From assembly GCA_021803945.1 (NCBI GenBank), contig JAJZKW010000002.1, forward strand, positions 1,734-65,733: DNA of 64,000 nucleotides, given 5' to 3'. The stretch comes from Candidatus Micrarchaeota archaeon (GTDB lineage: Archaea > Micrarchaeota > Micrarchaeia > Micrarchaeales > CABMGC01). How positions within the stretch are numbered: position 1 is the first letter of the stretch; each line of letters begins with the position of its first letter. Of the stretch, positions 51,846 through 62,047 are shown in pieces. The notes under the pieces are model-generated. The model made no database searches. It was not told the origin of the DNA and was given only the letters and a program-made list of their open reading frames with translations. Both the position numbers and the translations under genes were made by a program.

Positions 51846-53282
51846 ATGGAAGAGTATGATGTTATAGTGGCTGGCTCAGGTATAGGTGGATCGCTTGCAG
51901 CTGCAGGAGCGGCAAAAGGCGGTGCAAAGGTCCTGCTGCTTGACAGGAACGATTATTCCCAGGCAGGAAAGAAGACCAACTGGGGATGGGTCTGCGGCGA
52001 TGCCGTTGCAAAAACCCACGTGGATTTTGTCCGCGACGAACTCGGACTGAAGCTTGCAGAACCTGTCCTTGATGTTGCCGTAGAAGGAGTGCAGGTGCTA
52101 AGCCCTGACATGACCAGGAAGTTCCAGTTCGAGGGAGCAGGTTTCAGCCTCGACAGGCCGAAGTTCGCAAAGGTGCTAGTTGACTTTGCAAAGAAGAGCG
52201 GAGCAGAGTACAGGCCGAATTGCGAGGTGGGCGGCCCTGTGGTAGAGGACGGCAAGGTAGCAGGAGTATACGGCAGGGACGAGAAGGGCGAACAGTTCCA
52301 GTACAGGGCAAAGATAACGATAGACGCGCTTGGAATAGCAAGCACAATAAGGAGGAAACTCCCGCAGAACAATTACATAGAAAACACAGTGAGCACAGAC
52401 GACATAGAGTCTACAGGACGATACATAGCGTCATTCGAGGTAAAGGAAGAAGACATAAACTACTATGATCCCAAGAATGCACTGATACACCTGAACCAGC
52501 AGCTCGCCCCTGGCGGGTATGGCTGGGTCTTCCCAAAATCAGGGAAGAGGGTGAACATAGGCCTAGGGGTGGAGAAGAAGAGCCTTGAGATAAGGAACAG
52601 CAAGCTCAACAAGACAGACACCCTTCATACGCTGATAGACCAGTACATAGAATGGAACAGGGCAGTGACAAACCTGAAGCTGGACGACCAGGACAAAAAC
52701 GGCAAGGGATACTGGTCAGTCACTGTAAGGAGGCAATTCGATAGCCTGGTGTATCCTGGATACATGGGCGCAGGGGACAGCATGGCAATGCCGAATCCAA
52801 TAAGCGCAGGGGGCATAGGCCCGGCGATGTCCTCAGGGGCGATAGCAGGAAAGATAGCAGCAGAGGCGATAGCTGCAGGAGACACCAGCATGGATTTCCT
52901 GTGGAAGTACAACCTCAGGTACAACGAGGTCTACGGCAACAAGACCGCAGGCCTCGAGGTCTTCAGGATCTATCTCCAGTCACTGAACAACGAACTCATC
53001 AATTACGGGATGTCGAAATTCCTGACAAAAGAGGAGGCCATAGCAATAAGCTACGGAAACGTTCCGGAGATATCCATAGCAAGCGCATTCACCAAGGTGC
53101 TGAGCGGGATATCTAACATAAACGCGTTCAAAGAGCTTCTTTATGCAGTGAAGACGATGAAAGAGATGAACGAGACTTACGCTAATTATCCGAAAGACCC
53201 TTCAAGCTTCGGCGCGTGGAAGGCGAAGGTAAATGCGAAGATGCATGAAGTAAAGGAGAGGTTCAAGCCTAATCCAATATAG
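51846..53282 (+). CDS. Geranylgeranyl reductase-family flavoprotein
   Basis: FAD fingerprint YDVIVAGSGIGGSLAA and the GGYGWVFP motif. At about 478 aa it is longer than typical archaeal GGRs and has a C-terminal extension. Confidence 0.82.
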   Translation: MEEYDVIVAGSGIGGSLAAAGAAKGGAKVLLLDRNDYSQAGKKTNWGWVCGDAVAKTHVDFVRDELGLKLAEPVLDVAVEGVQVLSPDMTRKFQFEGAGFSLDRPKFAKVLVDFAKKSGAEYRPNCEVGGPVVEDGKVAGVYGRDEKGEQFQYRAKITIDALGIASTIRRKLPQNNYIENTVSTDDIESTGRYIASFEVKEEDINYYDPKNALIHLNQQLAPGGYGWVFPKSGKRVNIGLGVEKKSLEIRNSKLNKTDTLHTLIDQYIEWNRAVTNLKLDDQDKNGKGYWSVTVRRQFDSLVYPGYMGAGDSMAMPNPISAGGIGPAMSSGAIAGKIAAEAIAAGDTSMDFLWKYNLRYNEVYGNKTAGLEVFRIYLQSLNNELINYGMSKFLTKEEAIAISYGNVPEISIASAFTKVLSGISNINAFKELLYAVKTMKEMNETYANYPKDPSSFGAWKAKVNAKMHEVKERFKPNPI

Positions 53283-54006
53283 CTCCAGCTCCAGTCCCAT
53301 TCAAAAGGTTGCCATACAGGTCATAGGCTTTTGCGCTTTCAAGGTCGAAGAGCCCGCTGTTCAGTAAAGGCATATGCTCTCCTGTCTCATGTCCTATCCG
53401 GCTTCCTATTATAAGCCTGTTGAAGGCAGGAGCCGCTATTAATTCTATGTCCTTGTTGTAATCCTCATAATGCTCGCCCATGGCTGTCCCAGCCCGTGCA
53501 ACAAGCCACGCCTTTTTGTCCACTCCGTTCACCTGCGCCGCAATGTGCCCGTGGCCGCATATTATGTAATCCTTCATGACGGCCTCTTCAGAAGGCAAAG
53601 CGTTCCCGTGCATGAGTGCCGCATCGGAAAGCATTATCTCCTTCTCGATCCCTGCCTTGAACCCTATGCCTGAGAGTATACTTTCCAGGTATGCGTCATG
53701 GTTCCCTCTGGCTATCCTCACATCTATGCCATCAAGCTTGCCGAAGAATTCCCTGAATGAGCCAGCGTCTTCCTTTGTCAGGTTAGCCAACCTGTGTTTT
53801 ACGTCGCCAAGGAACACTATCCCATTCGCATTGTTCTCCTCGTATATCCTCCTTATCTCCAATCCCATTGCTGCTGCAGCGTTAGGAAAAGAGACTCCGG
53901 ACCCGGAAAAGGTATCCTCTATGCCTATGTGAAGGTCTCCCAGAGCAATGATCCTTTCGCTGTCAATCATCAGCGCCGGCACTCCTTTTAAGAATGACAT
54001 GCCCAT
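53269..54006 (-). CDS. Calcineurin-like metallophosphoesterase (archaeal SbcD-related, TIGR00024-like)
   Basis: Motifs GDLHIG, GDVKH, GNHD and GHGH. The 3' end overlaps the convergent GGR gene by 14 nt. Confidence 0.75.
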   Translation of the reverse strand: MGMSFLKGVPALMIDSERIIALGDLHIGIEDTFSGSGVSFPNAAAAMGLEIRRIYEENNANGIVFLGDVKHRLANLTKEDAGSFREFFGKLDGIDVRIARGNHDAYLESILSGIGFKAGIEKEIMLSDAALMHGNALPSEEAVMKDYIICGHGHIAAQVNGVDKKAWLVARAGTAMGEHYEDYNKDIELIAAPAFNRLIIGSRIGHETGEHMPLLNSGLFDLESAKAYDLYGNLLNGTGAGAILD

Positions 54007-54067
54007 ACGAAAAATCTTTCATGAGAAGGTTAATAATCTTTGTATAAAAGATATCTCTCTGTATTGG

Positions 54068-55141
54068 ATGCCGCAGGGATCTCTTCGAATAGGCAGGATA
54101 GCCGGGATAGACATAGAGCTACACTGGCTCTTCATACTACTAATACTAGTATTCATATACATATCCCCATTGCTCGGATTCATCTGGATACTTCTCTTCG
54201 TTTGCGTGCTCATACATGAGCTCTCCCACTCAATAACCGCGATAAGGAACGGGATAACCGTTACAAAGATAGTCCTGCTCCCGATCGGCGGGGCGTCGAT
54301 AATAAATGACATAGCCATAGATCCGTCCATAGAATTCAACATAGCCATAGCAGGGCCAATAATGAGCTTCTTCCTAGGGGCATTGTTCGGCATTCTTGTC
54401 ATCTTCACCCCACCTGGCGTGATAACATATCTTGTCCAGTACCTCTTCGCGATCAACATACTGCTAGGCGCATTCAACATACTGCCGGCGTTCCCTATGG
54501 ACGGTGGCAGGGTCCTCAGGAGCTTCCTGCAGCGGAGAAAGAGCTTCTACGAAGCTACCATGACCACGGCGAAGGTAAGCAAGTACTGCATGGCCCTGAT
54601 AATAGCGGGCACGCTGGTATTCATCGCGATCCCCAGCGGCTACTCGTTCTTCTCTAAGGAGATCATACTGGTCTGGGATTTCATAATAGTCTTCTTCCTC
54701 TATGAAGGCATGAAGGCGGAGCAGAACGCCGTCATAATCAAGCAGGAGACCAAAGGCATGACCATAAATGACGCAATGAACAAGAATTTCTCCACAATCG
54801 GGTGGAGCTCTACTCCGAAGGACCTCTATCTCCTGATCAAGAAGAAGAAGGAGCATCTTATACTGACAAAATCCCCGTCAGGCAGCTACGCATTGGTCAA
54901 CGTATTCGACAAGCAGGAGATAAGCAAGGCGTCATCGATAAGTGATCTGGCGATCCAGATCCCCAACGTCCAATGCAATGCAAGCATATCCGATGTAATG
55001 TCAAGTATCGACGCAACGCCGTTCAGGGTCGCTGCAGTGTTAAAGGGCAAAAAGCTTGTGGGAATAGCTACAGGGCAGCATATAACGGCCTTCCTGGCCC
55101 TGCACATGGTTGGCAGGAACAATAGGAAAGGCTTAAAATAA
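54068..55141 (+). CDS. Site-2 protease (M50 family) with C-terminal CBS pair
   Basis: HELSHSITA (HExxH) and NILPAFPMDGGRV in TM segments, with a CBS-like C-terminal region. Internal ATG 54068 avoids overlap with the divergent gene. Confidence 0.85.
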   Translation: MPQGSLRIGRIAGIDIELHWLFILLILVFIYISPLLGFIWILLFVCVLIHELSHSITAIRNGITVTKIVLLPIGGASIINDIAIDPSIEFNIAIAGPIMSFFLGALFGILVIFTPPGVITYLVQYLFAINILLGAFNILPAFPMDGGRVLRSFLQRRKSFYEATMTTAKVSKYCMALIIAGTLVFIAIPSGYSFFSKEIILVWDFIIVFFLYEGMKAEQNAVIIKQETKGMTINDAMNKNFSTIGWSSTPKDLYLLIKKKKEHLILTKSPSGSYALVNVFDKQEISKASSISDLAIQIPNVQCNASISDVMSSIDATPFRVAAVLKGKKLVGIATGQHITAFLALHMVGRNNRKGLK

Positions 55142-55176
55142 TTCAATCTTATGTTATATCTGCGACCGGTGTACTG

Positions 55177-58100
55177 ATGTTGTACCTAAAGTCTATTGTG
55201 CTTGATAAGTTCAAGTCCTTCAAACGTACCGAGCTGCTGTTCAGCAAGGGCTTTACCTGCGTTGTCGGTCCAAACGGAGCTGGAAAGAGCGTAATATTCG
55301 ATGCGCTCATGTTCGGCCTCGGAGAGCCGTCGCTCCAGACCCTCAGGGTCGACAGGCTCGAAGAGCTCATAAACAGGAACATCAAGAGGAAGCGCGACGA
55401 GCCTACTGTGGCCCACCTAAAGATGGATTTCGAGGGCGACGGGAAGCCCGTGACCGTGGTCAAGTCGATAAGGTCAGACGGCAAGACAGGCTACAGACTA
55501 AATGACAAGGCAATGACAAGGAAGGAGATCGTCGAGTTCCTTTCGAGCGAAGGCGTGCGCGCAGACGACACCACTACGATAGCGCAGGGAGAGATAAACG
55601 CCTATGCAACATTGAACTCGAGGCAGAGGAGGGAGCTCATAGACACTGCGGCAGGTATAAAGCAGTTCGAAGACAAGAAGCAGGAGGCGCTGAAGGAGCT
55701 GGACAAGGTGGACAGCAAGATCAATGAAGCCAAAGTAGCGCTCAACGAGAGGCAGGGCTTCCTGGACGGGCTTGAAAAAGAGAAGGAAGCCGCCGAGAGC
55801 TACATGAAGATGAATTCGCGGATGAAGAACCTGCGGTACAGCGTGCTTGTTGCAAGGAAGGACATGCTAAAGAGCTCAAACGACGCTTATACAAAGGAGC
55901 TTGCAATACTCGACTCTAAGAAGAGCGAGTCATCTTCCAGGCTAAGCGAGCTCAAGGCCAAGAGGGACCAGCTTGCGGAAGAGAGGCAGCAGCTCACAAA
56001 GGAGCTTAACAGTATAAACTCGGCCTCAGGGGAGACCGCATCAAAAGTGGAGAACCTCACCCGCGAGCTTGCAAGACTGGAAGTGGAGATACCATCCATA
56101 CAGAAGTCAATAGACGACAACAAGCTTTTCATAAGCCAGTCCGAGTCAGAACTATCAGCTGCAAATGACAGGATAAAGGAGAACAATTCCGTGATAGCAA
56201 AGCTCAACAAGGAGATAGCCGAGGCCGAAGCCGAGCTGGCGAAGCTCGGAGCCGTCCCTGAGGAAGGCGTGGACTACGAAAAAGAGCTTAAGGATGCAGG
56301 CATATTGGCGGAAGAGAGCGAGAACAGGCTGATAGACATACAGGGATACATATCAAAGCTGCAGGCAGATCTTTCGGCCGCGTCTTCAAAGAGGGCTGAC
56401 CTCGAGTCCAGGCACGAAAGCCTTGAAAGGAGCCTTGGCCTGATCACAGCAAGGAAGGAATCGAAGGAAGCCGAGATATCATCGACAAAACAGGCCATAA
56501 CAGACATGATCTCAACCATAGCGAGACTGGACCAGGAAAACTCGAAGGCAAAGAAGAGGTTATATGCGATAGACGGGGAGATGCTGACGTTCATAGAGCA
56601 AAGGGCGATCCTGCAGCAGAGGGAAGGCAACCTTAGCGCAAAGATATCAGAAAAGTTCTCAGAAAAGGACGGTTTCTACGGCAAGGCCTCAAGCCTATGC
56701 CATTACGACAGCAAGAATGCCTACGCAGTGGAGGCCGCGGCGTCAGGCAGGTTGGAATACTTCGTTGTAGACTCTATAGCCGTAGCGGGCAAGATAATAG
56801 ACTACCTTAAGAGGGGCAGCATTGGCAGGGCGACCTTCATACCGATAGGCGACCTTAGGCCGGAGGGCCAGAGGCCGGACGAGAAGGGCATCACGCCTGT
56901 CATAGATGTTGTAAAATTCGAGGGGAAATTCGCCAAGGTATTCTCTTACATTTTCAGTAACACATACATCATAGGGGATGTGAACGACGCCAAGAAGTAC
57001 GGGATAGGGAAGCACAGGTATGTGACTCAGGAAGGCGAGCTGATAGAGCAGTCCGGCACAGTCTCGGGAGGGTCGTCAAGGAGGGTATCGCTGTCGTCAA
57101 TAGAGAACAGGATCAGGGCGCTCGAGGCGGAGAAGGAGAAGGCGAGGAAAGAGAACGACATCGCGGAAGTCAGCCTGCACGAAGCCGAGAAGGAGAAGGC
57201 CCTGCTCGACATGCAGCTTGAAAACCTCTCCTCCGAGCTGAAGAAAGCTGCAGAGGAGTTTACCGCCGCGCTCAAGCAGCAGTCAGATGTGGCATCACAG
57301 ATAAGGGAGAGGTCAGAGGAGGAGACGAGGATAGGCAGGGAGATACTAAGTAAGGACAAGGAGAAGCTTGATGTGGTGACCGCGCTGACCAGGAGCAAGC
57401 AGGTGCAGGCCTCCATATACAGCAGAGTATCAGCAGCATCAAGAAGCCTGTCGAAGTCAGGCAAGTACAAGCAGGAGAAGGAGAAGGCCGACAGGCTAAG
57501 GCACGAATCAGAGGAGAAAAAGATAAGCAAGGCCTCCCTAGATACGGAAGCCCAGATTCTAGGAAAGAAGGCAGCAGAGCTTTTGTCTGCCATGGCAGAG
57601 AGACGCAAGCAGGCGAAGGAGCTCAAATCGCAGCTTCAGGACAAGGAGATGAGGAAAGAGGTCCTTCTGAAGTCAAGGGGAGACATAGAGAAGGAGATGA
57701 AGAACAAGAATGAATCAAGCAGGAGGCTCTACGACAGGCTAACTGCAATAGACGAAGAGGTCGGAAGCCTCAGCATGGAAATAGGGAAGCTTGACTCGGA
57801 GGCAGCGAACTTCGACAGGCAGATAAACGACCTCAGGATAAAGATGAGCCAGACAGGCACAAGGCTAAACGATATAACTGCCGAACTTTCTGCGTCCCAA
57901 CCAGGCCTTATGCTTGTGGATGGAAAGCCCGAAGAGATGGAAGCGGAGGCGAATATCCTAGCGGCGAAGCTGCAAGACCTGGGAAACGTCAACCTCAAGG
58001 CACCAGAAGTCTACGAAGAGAAGAAGAAATTCGCTGCCGAGGCCCAGGCAAGGGTCAGCACGCTGCAGGCAGAGAAGGACGCAGTGATCAGGATGATGGA

Positions 58101-58590
58101 AGAGATCGACTCAAAGAAGCTGCAGACATTCATGGACATGCTCAACCAGGTCAACAAGAACTTCGGCAAGCTGTACAACTACGTGTTCCCAGGGAAGGTC
58201 GCAATAATGCTCGAGGACGAATCCGACCCGCTCAACAGCGGAATAGTCATACACATGAACGACGGAAAATCCGATGTGCCCCTCAAGTCCCTTTCCGGAG
58301 GGCAGAAATCGATGATAGCGCTTATGATGCTCTTCTCGATCCACCTATGCAAAAAATCGTCCCTCTACCTCTTCGACGAAGTTGACGCTGCGCTAGACTC
58401 AGAAAATGCCAAGCTGCTATCAAAACTCATAAAGCAGATGAGCGAAACTGCGCAGTTCATAGTGATAAGCCACAACAACTCCCTCATAGTCAATGCAGAT
58501 GCTGCAATAGGGATAACAATGGACGAAACAAAAGAGTCGAGGGCAGTCGGCCTTGAGATAAGCAGCGTGGCCATGAGCAAGCAGCAGTAA
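55177..58590 (+). CDS. smc: Chromosome segregation ATPase SMC
   Basis: 1137 aa with Walker A GPNGAGKS, long coiled coils, a hinge (GRATFIPI), signature LSGGQKS and Walker B LYLFDEVDAALD. Confidence 0.93.
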   Translation: MLYLKSIVLDKFKSFKRTELLFSKGFTCVVGPNGAGKSVIFDALMFGLGEPSLQTLRVDRLEELINRNIKRKRDEPTVAHLKMDFEGDGKPVTVVKSIRSDGKTGYRLNDKAMTRKEIVEFLSSEGVRADDTTTIAQGEINAYATLNSRQRRELIDTAAGIKQFEDKKQEALKELDKVDSKINEAKVALNERQGFLDGLEKEKEAAESYMKMNSRMKNLRYSVLVARKDMLKSSNDAYTKELAILDSKKSESSSRLSELKAKRDQLAEERQQLTKELNSINSASGETASKVENLTRELARLEVEIPSIQKSIDDNKLFISQSESELSAANDRIKENNSVIAKLNKEIAEAEAELAKLGAVPEEGVDYEKELKDAGILAEESENRLIDIQGYISKLQADLSAASSKRADLESRHESLERSLGLITARKESKEAEISSTKQAITDMISTIARLDQENSKAKKRLYAIDGEMLTFIEQRAILQQREGNLSAKISEKFSEKDGFYGKASSLCHYDSKNAYAVEAAASGRLEYFVVDSIAVAGKIIDYLKRGSIGRATFIPIGDLRPEGQRPDEKGITPVIDVVKFEGKFAKVFSYIFSNTYIIGDVNDAKKYGIGKHRYVTQEGELIEQSGTVSGGSSRRVSLSSIENRIRALEAEKEKARKENDIAEVSLHEAEKEKALLDMQLENLSSELKKAAEEFTAALKQQSDVASQIRERSEEETRIGREILSKDKEKLDVVTALTRSKQVQASIYSRVSAASRSLSKSGKYKQEKEKADRLRHESEEKKISKASLDTEAQILGKKAAELLSAMAERRKQAKELKSQLQDKEMRKEVLLKSRGDIEKEMKNKNESSRRLYDRLTAIDEEVGSLSMEIGKLDSEAANFDRQINDLRIKMSQTGTRLNDITAELSASQPGLMLVDGKPEEMEAEANILAAKLQDLGNVNLKAPEVYEEKKKFAAEAQARVSTLQAEKDAVIRMMEEIDSKKLQTFMDMLNQVNKNFGKLYNYVFPGKVAIMLEDESDPLNSGIVIHMNDGKSDVPLKSLSGGQKSMIALMMLFSIHLCKKSSLYLFDEVDAALDSENAKLLSKLIKQMSETAQFIVISHNNSLIVNADAAIGITMDETKESRAVGLEISSVAMSKQQ

Positions 58591-58599
58591 GCAGCAGTG

Positions 58600-59628
58600 A
58601 TGATATTGAAGCCTAAAAATCAGAAAGCTGCGCCTAAACGCGCAAAGCAGAACCAGGGGGGCATACTGGTCCTGTATCTCATCCTCGCATTGTCTGTTGT
58701 AGGCTATGCCATGACCGGAAGCATACTGATAGGTGCAGCCGCTTTTGTAATACTTGTCGTTACCCTCGCATCTGAATTCAAGTTCAGTGTCAAGGAGGAA
58801 GGCATGCGAAAGAGCGTATATGACATAATTACAGCGATAGTGGCAGTAGTTGTCATATGGATAATACTAATAATACTTCTCGGGACCAGTTCACCTGTCA
58901 ACGTAGTCGCGAGCTGCAGCATGCTGCCAACGCTTCACAGGGGAGACATGGTGATACTCCGCGGCATACAGAACATGACCTCGTTCCTAGAGTCACACCA
59001 AATACCGATAGTGAATGTCTCTCCGCAGGAAATGAACTACACGCTTTCCCACATGAATAGCGAATCCCTGGCTTTTTTTGCGTATAATCCGTCAAACAGC
59101 TCGAAGATAGGCGAGATAGTCAATGTCCCTGACCCAAGGGTGCAGCTATACAACACAAAATGCATAGATACGTATACTGTTTCAGGCCAACCTCAGTATA
59201 TCTCCAGGTGTGCGGTCAGGTCGCAGGCAGGCAACCTGATAAAATACAACTATTCGATAGAGCGCGTGGATGTTGCAGGCGCCATCCAGTACATCCCGCA
59301 AACTAACAGGATAACTATAGGAAACACTACGATAAACGAGAACTACAGCAATCCGATAGTGGTGTACCAGACAACCGCCAATGACTCCTTCAGCGGAGAC
59401 ATAGTGCACAGGGTCTTTTCAGCAATAAGGGCAGGAAACGACTATTACATACTTACAAAAGGCGACAACAACGGCGGCCTGGACATCCAGTTCCTAAACT
59501 ATCCAGCCAAGTCAAGCGCAGTGCTGGGATATGTGATTGCAGATATCCCGGTCGTGGGGTACCTGAGGCTGATAATAAGCGGGCAGCTCTCAACTCCGGC
59601 AGGGTGCAATTCTACCATAATCAGGTAA
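58600..59628 (+). CDS. Signal peptidase I (archaeal/eukaryal S26B type) with a large insertion
   Basis: Catalytic Ser box SCSMLPTLHRGDMVIL, His box GDIVHRV, and TKGDNN. About 150 extra residues lie between the Ser and His boxes. Confidence 0.68.
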   Translation: MILKPKNQKAAPKRAKQNQGGILVLYLILALSVVGYAMTGSILIGAAAFVILVVTLASEFKFSVKEEGMRKSVYDIITAIVAVVVIWIILIILLGTSSPVNVVASCSMLPTLHRGDMVILRGIQNMTSFLESHQIPIVNVSPQEMNYTLSHMNSESLAFFAYNPSNSSKIGEIVNVPDPRVQLYNTKCIDTYTVSGQPQYISRCAVRSQAGNLIKYNYSIERVDVAGAIQYIPQTNRITIGNTTINENYSNPIVVYQTTANDSFSGDIVHRVFSAIRAGNDYYILTKGDNNGGLDIQFLNYPAKSSAVLGYVIADIPVVGYLRLIISGQLSTPAGCNSTIIR

Positions 59629-59680
59629 CGCTGCTCGGACGAAATAAAAACAAAATAGTGATAACTTGCGGCAATACTGG

Positions 59681-60835
59681 ATGACAAGAAATGTTCTCCT
59701 GGTCGCGTTTTCAGCATTCTTTGCGGATATGGGGTACCAAAGCGCAATCGCCCTATTCCCGATCTTCCTAGTTACCGTGCTCGGCGCTTCGGCTTCAGCC
59801 TTCGGATTGGCCACAGCTGCGGCATTCGGTATAGGTTCATTCTTCGGCTACCTCGGCGGATTGATGAGCTCCAGGTTCAATGACAAGAAAATTGCCATTT
59901 TAGGCAATTCGCTCATACCTCTGATATCCCTCATGGGCCTAACTTCCAGTCCGCTGATTGCAGCCGCACTCTTCAGCGGGGGCTGGTGGGCTAGGAATTT
60001 CAGGAGCCCACCGAGGAGGGTCATATTCTCCAATGCGACAACAGTCAAGAACAGGGCCAAGGCGTTCGGATTCCTGCATGCGCTTGATATCGGAGGCGGT
60101 GCGCTTTCGATAGTGATGCTGCTTGCATTGATCCTCATAGGAATCGCTGTCAAGACCATACTTCTCCTGACGATCATTCCGCTGGTCATATCCACAATGC
60201 TATTGTTCTTCATAAAAGAGGCGAAGCCAGGCATTGCCAATGCAAAGAGCAAATTAGTTAATATCACAAGAAAGATAGCAGTTCAGGGAAATGCCTATAA
60301 AGGAATAATAATAGCCACATCTCTCTACGGTTTCAGTTCATATACTTTCGGATTTCCCATACTGACGATATCCCATGTCTCAAACGACCTGTTCGGAATA
60401 GGTGCTTACGGAGTTTATCTAGGTGTATCTGCGATTGCGGGGTATTTCATCGGATCAATGGGCTGGAATAAGATAAGGACGCTGTCGCTGGCCGGTTATG
60501 TATTGTCAGGATTAGGCACATTGATAATAGGCATAGGGTACATTCTGCAATTGGGACTCGCATCACTTTTCCTCGGAGTGATAGTGATGGGATCAGGCTT
60601 CGGGGCCATAGAGACGCTTGAGCCTACCTTGATCTCCCTGATAAAAAGTCCAAAGGACATCGGCAGGGGAATGGGAGCCCTTGCAGGGTCCAGGAGTATC
60701 GGGATATTCTCAGCAAACCTAATCATGGGCATATTGTATGTAATCAATCCTGGCGAGTCCTACATCTATGCAGCAACAGTGGCGATAATCGCAGGTGCCA
60801 TAGTGCTGGTTTCTGGCAAGGGCCTCAAAGCCTAG
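59681..60835 (+). CDS. MFS transporter
   Basis: 12-TM profile. ATG 59681 is preferred to TTG 59666. Confidence 0.72.
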   Translation: MTRNVLLVAFSAFFADMGYQSAIALFPIFLVTVLGASASAFGLATAAAFGIGSFFGYLGGLMSSRFNDKKIAILGNSLIPLISLMGLTSSPLIAAALFSGGWWARNFRSPPRRVIFSNATTVKNRAKAFGFLHALDIGGGALSIVMLLALILIGIAVKTILLLTIIPLVISTMLLFFIKEAKPGIANAKSKLVNITRKIAVQGNAYKGIIIATSLYGFSSYTFGFPILTISHVSNDLFGIGAYGVYLGVSAIAGYFIGSMGWNKIRTLSLAGYVLSGLGTLIIGIGYILQLGLASLFLGVIVMGSGFGAIETLEPTLISLIKSPKDIGRGMGALAGSRSIGIFSANLIMGILYVINPGESYIYAATVAIIAGAIVLVSGKGLKA

Positions 60836-60873
60836 CGCTGCCTGAATAAAAAACCTGAGCTTTGCAATCTTCA

Positions 60874-61917
60874 TCAACCTGTTACATGCTCCTTGTACGC
60901 CAACAATTCACGGATGCCCAATATCAGGCTGCCAATCCCTACAACACCGACCACTAACAGCACAAGCACAGTGGCTACCCCTACCGAGTCCAGGTTTGGT
61001 ATTGGGTTGCCTGTGCTTATCGCTATATTGTCCAAGACTGGAAATGCGATTATCAATGCGCCTATTAGCGCAAAGATAAAGCCTCCATAAAACAGCGTCC
61101 TCCCAGCGGTCTTCCTTCCGACGTAACTGACCTGCGCTATACTGAGTTTCTTTAACCTTGCAATATTTGCAAACAGTCCGCCGAATATTATCTGCATTAT
61201 CATGGTTCCTAATCCAAAGAACAGCCCGGGCAGGGGCGCATATATCAGGCTTGGGACCTGCGGGGCCAGTATGAAGGTTATTATTGTTGCATAAGGCCCA
61301 AATCCCCAACCCGCTATAAGCCCATGCACTACTGCCATCTTCAGCGGTATCTGCTTAGGCTCAGGCTCTCCGACCCGCAGCTTCGCGGAGAATGACGAAC
61401 GATGTTCCTTGCTGCCCAGCAGCGCGTCTATCGGTATATGGAGATATTTTTTCTTGTTGAGTATATATGCTCCCGCTACAAACATAGCTATTCCGACTAT
61501 TATGTAGACCGGGCCGTCAAGGTTGTATGTCTTGTATATCGCCGCCAAGCCAATAAACCCCAGCGTCGTGAGCAGCGCCCTCTGAAATGTGAACCCCGCC
61601 GAGAATGCGAACCCCGCCTTCATCCCCTTCATGGTGCTGTAGCTCCCTACAGCATAGCTGAACGTTATAGGCCAGGTGTGTTCATCAGGAGTCGCTCCGT
61701 GCATCACTCCCAGTATGAGCGATATGGTCACTATTGCAATCAATGAGAGCTTTTCTGGTGGGTTAAGTATATAACCCAAATTGAACTGGACCCCGCTGAA
61801 TTCATAGAGGGCGAGCAACGCTACAACCACAACTGCGATTGCAATTATAAGCACATATGCCGGCTGCAATTCTTTGCGCTTCGGCGCCTCCTTGTCCTCC
61901 ATCTTCAACCACACCAT
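60874..61917 (-). CDS. Polytopic membrane protein with His motifs, putative metal-ion transporter
   Basis: 347 aa with about 8 TM helices. HGATPDEHTW and HGLIAGWGFG lie at TM ends. It is divergent from a NikR-like regulator. The family is not firmly recognised. Confidence 0.45.
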   Translation of the reverse strand: MVWLKMEDKEAPKRKELQPAYVLIIAIAVVVVALLALYEFSGVQFNLGYILNPPEKLSLIAIVTISLILGVMHGATPDEHTWPITFSYAVGSYSTMKGMKAGFAFSAGFTFQRALLTTLGFIGLAAIYKTYNLDGPVYIIVGIAMFVAGAYILNKKKYLHIPIDALLGSKEHRSSFSAKLRVGEPEPKQIPLKMAVVHGLIAGWGFGPYATIITFILAPQVPSLIYAPLPGLFFGLGTMIMQIIFGGLFANIARLKKLSIAQVSYVGRKTAGRTLFYGGFIFALIGALIIAFPVLDNIAISTGNPIPNLDSVGVATVLVLLVVGVVGIGSLILGIRELLAYKEHVTG

Positions 61918-61949
61918 GCCCTATGGCTAATAATTATTTCAAGATTTAA

Positions 61950-61970
61950 TTATTAACTAAAAGTTAATAA
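61950..61970. promoter_or_regulatory. Palindrome TTATTAAC-N5-GTTAATAA in the transporter / nikR-like divergent promoter
   Basis: Read directly. A third half-site, GTTATTAAC, lies at 61985..61993. The background is AT-rich, which raises the chance expectation. Confidence 0.35.
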
Positions 61971-62047
61971 ATATTCGCTATTAAGTTATTAACATTACAA
62001 GGTGCCGCCTATTAATCCGCAATGGGCATAATCTTGAATGAGTTGAT

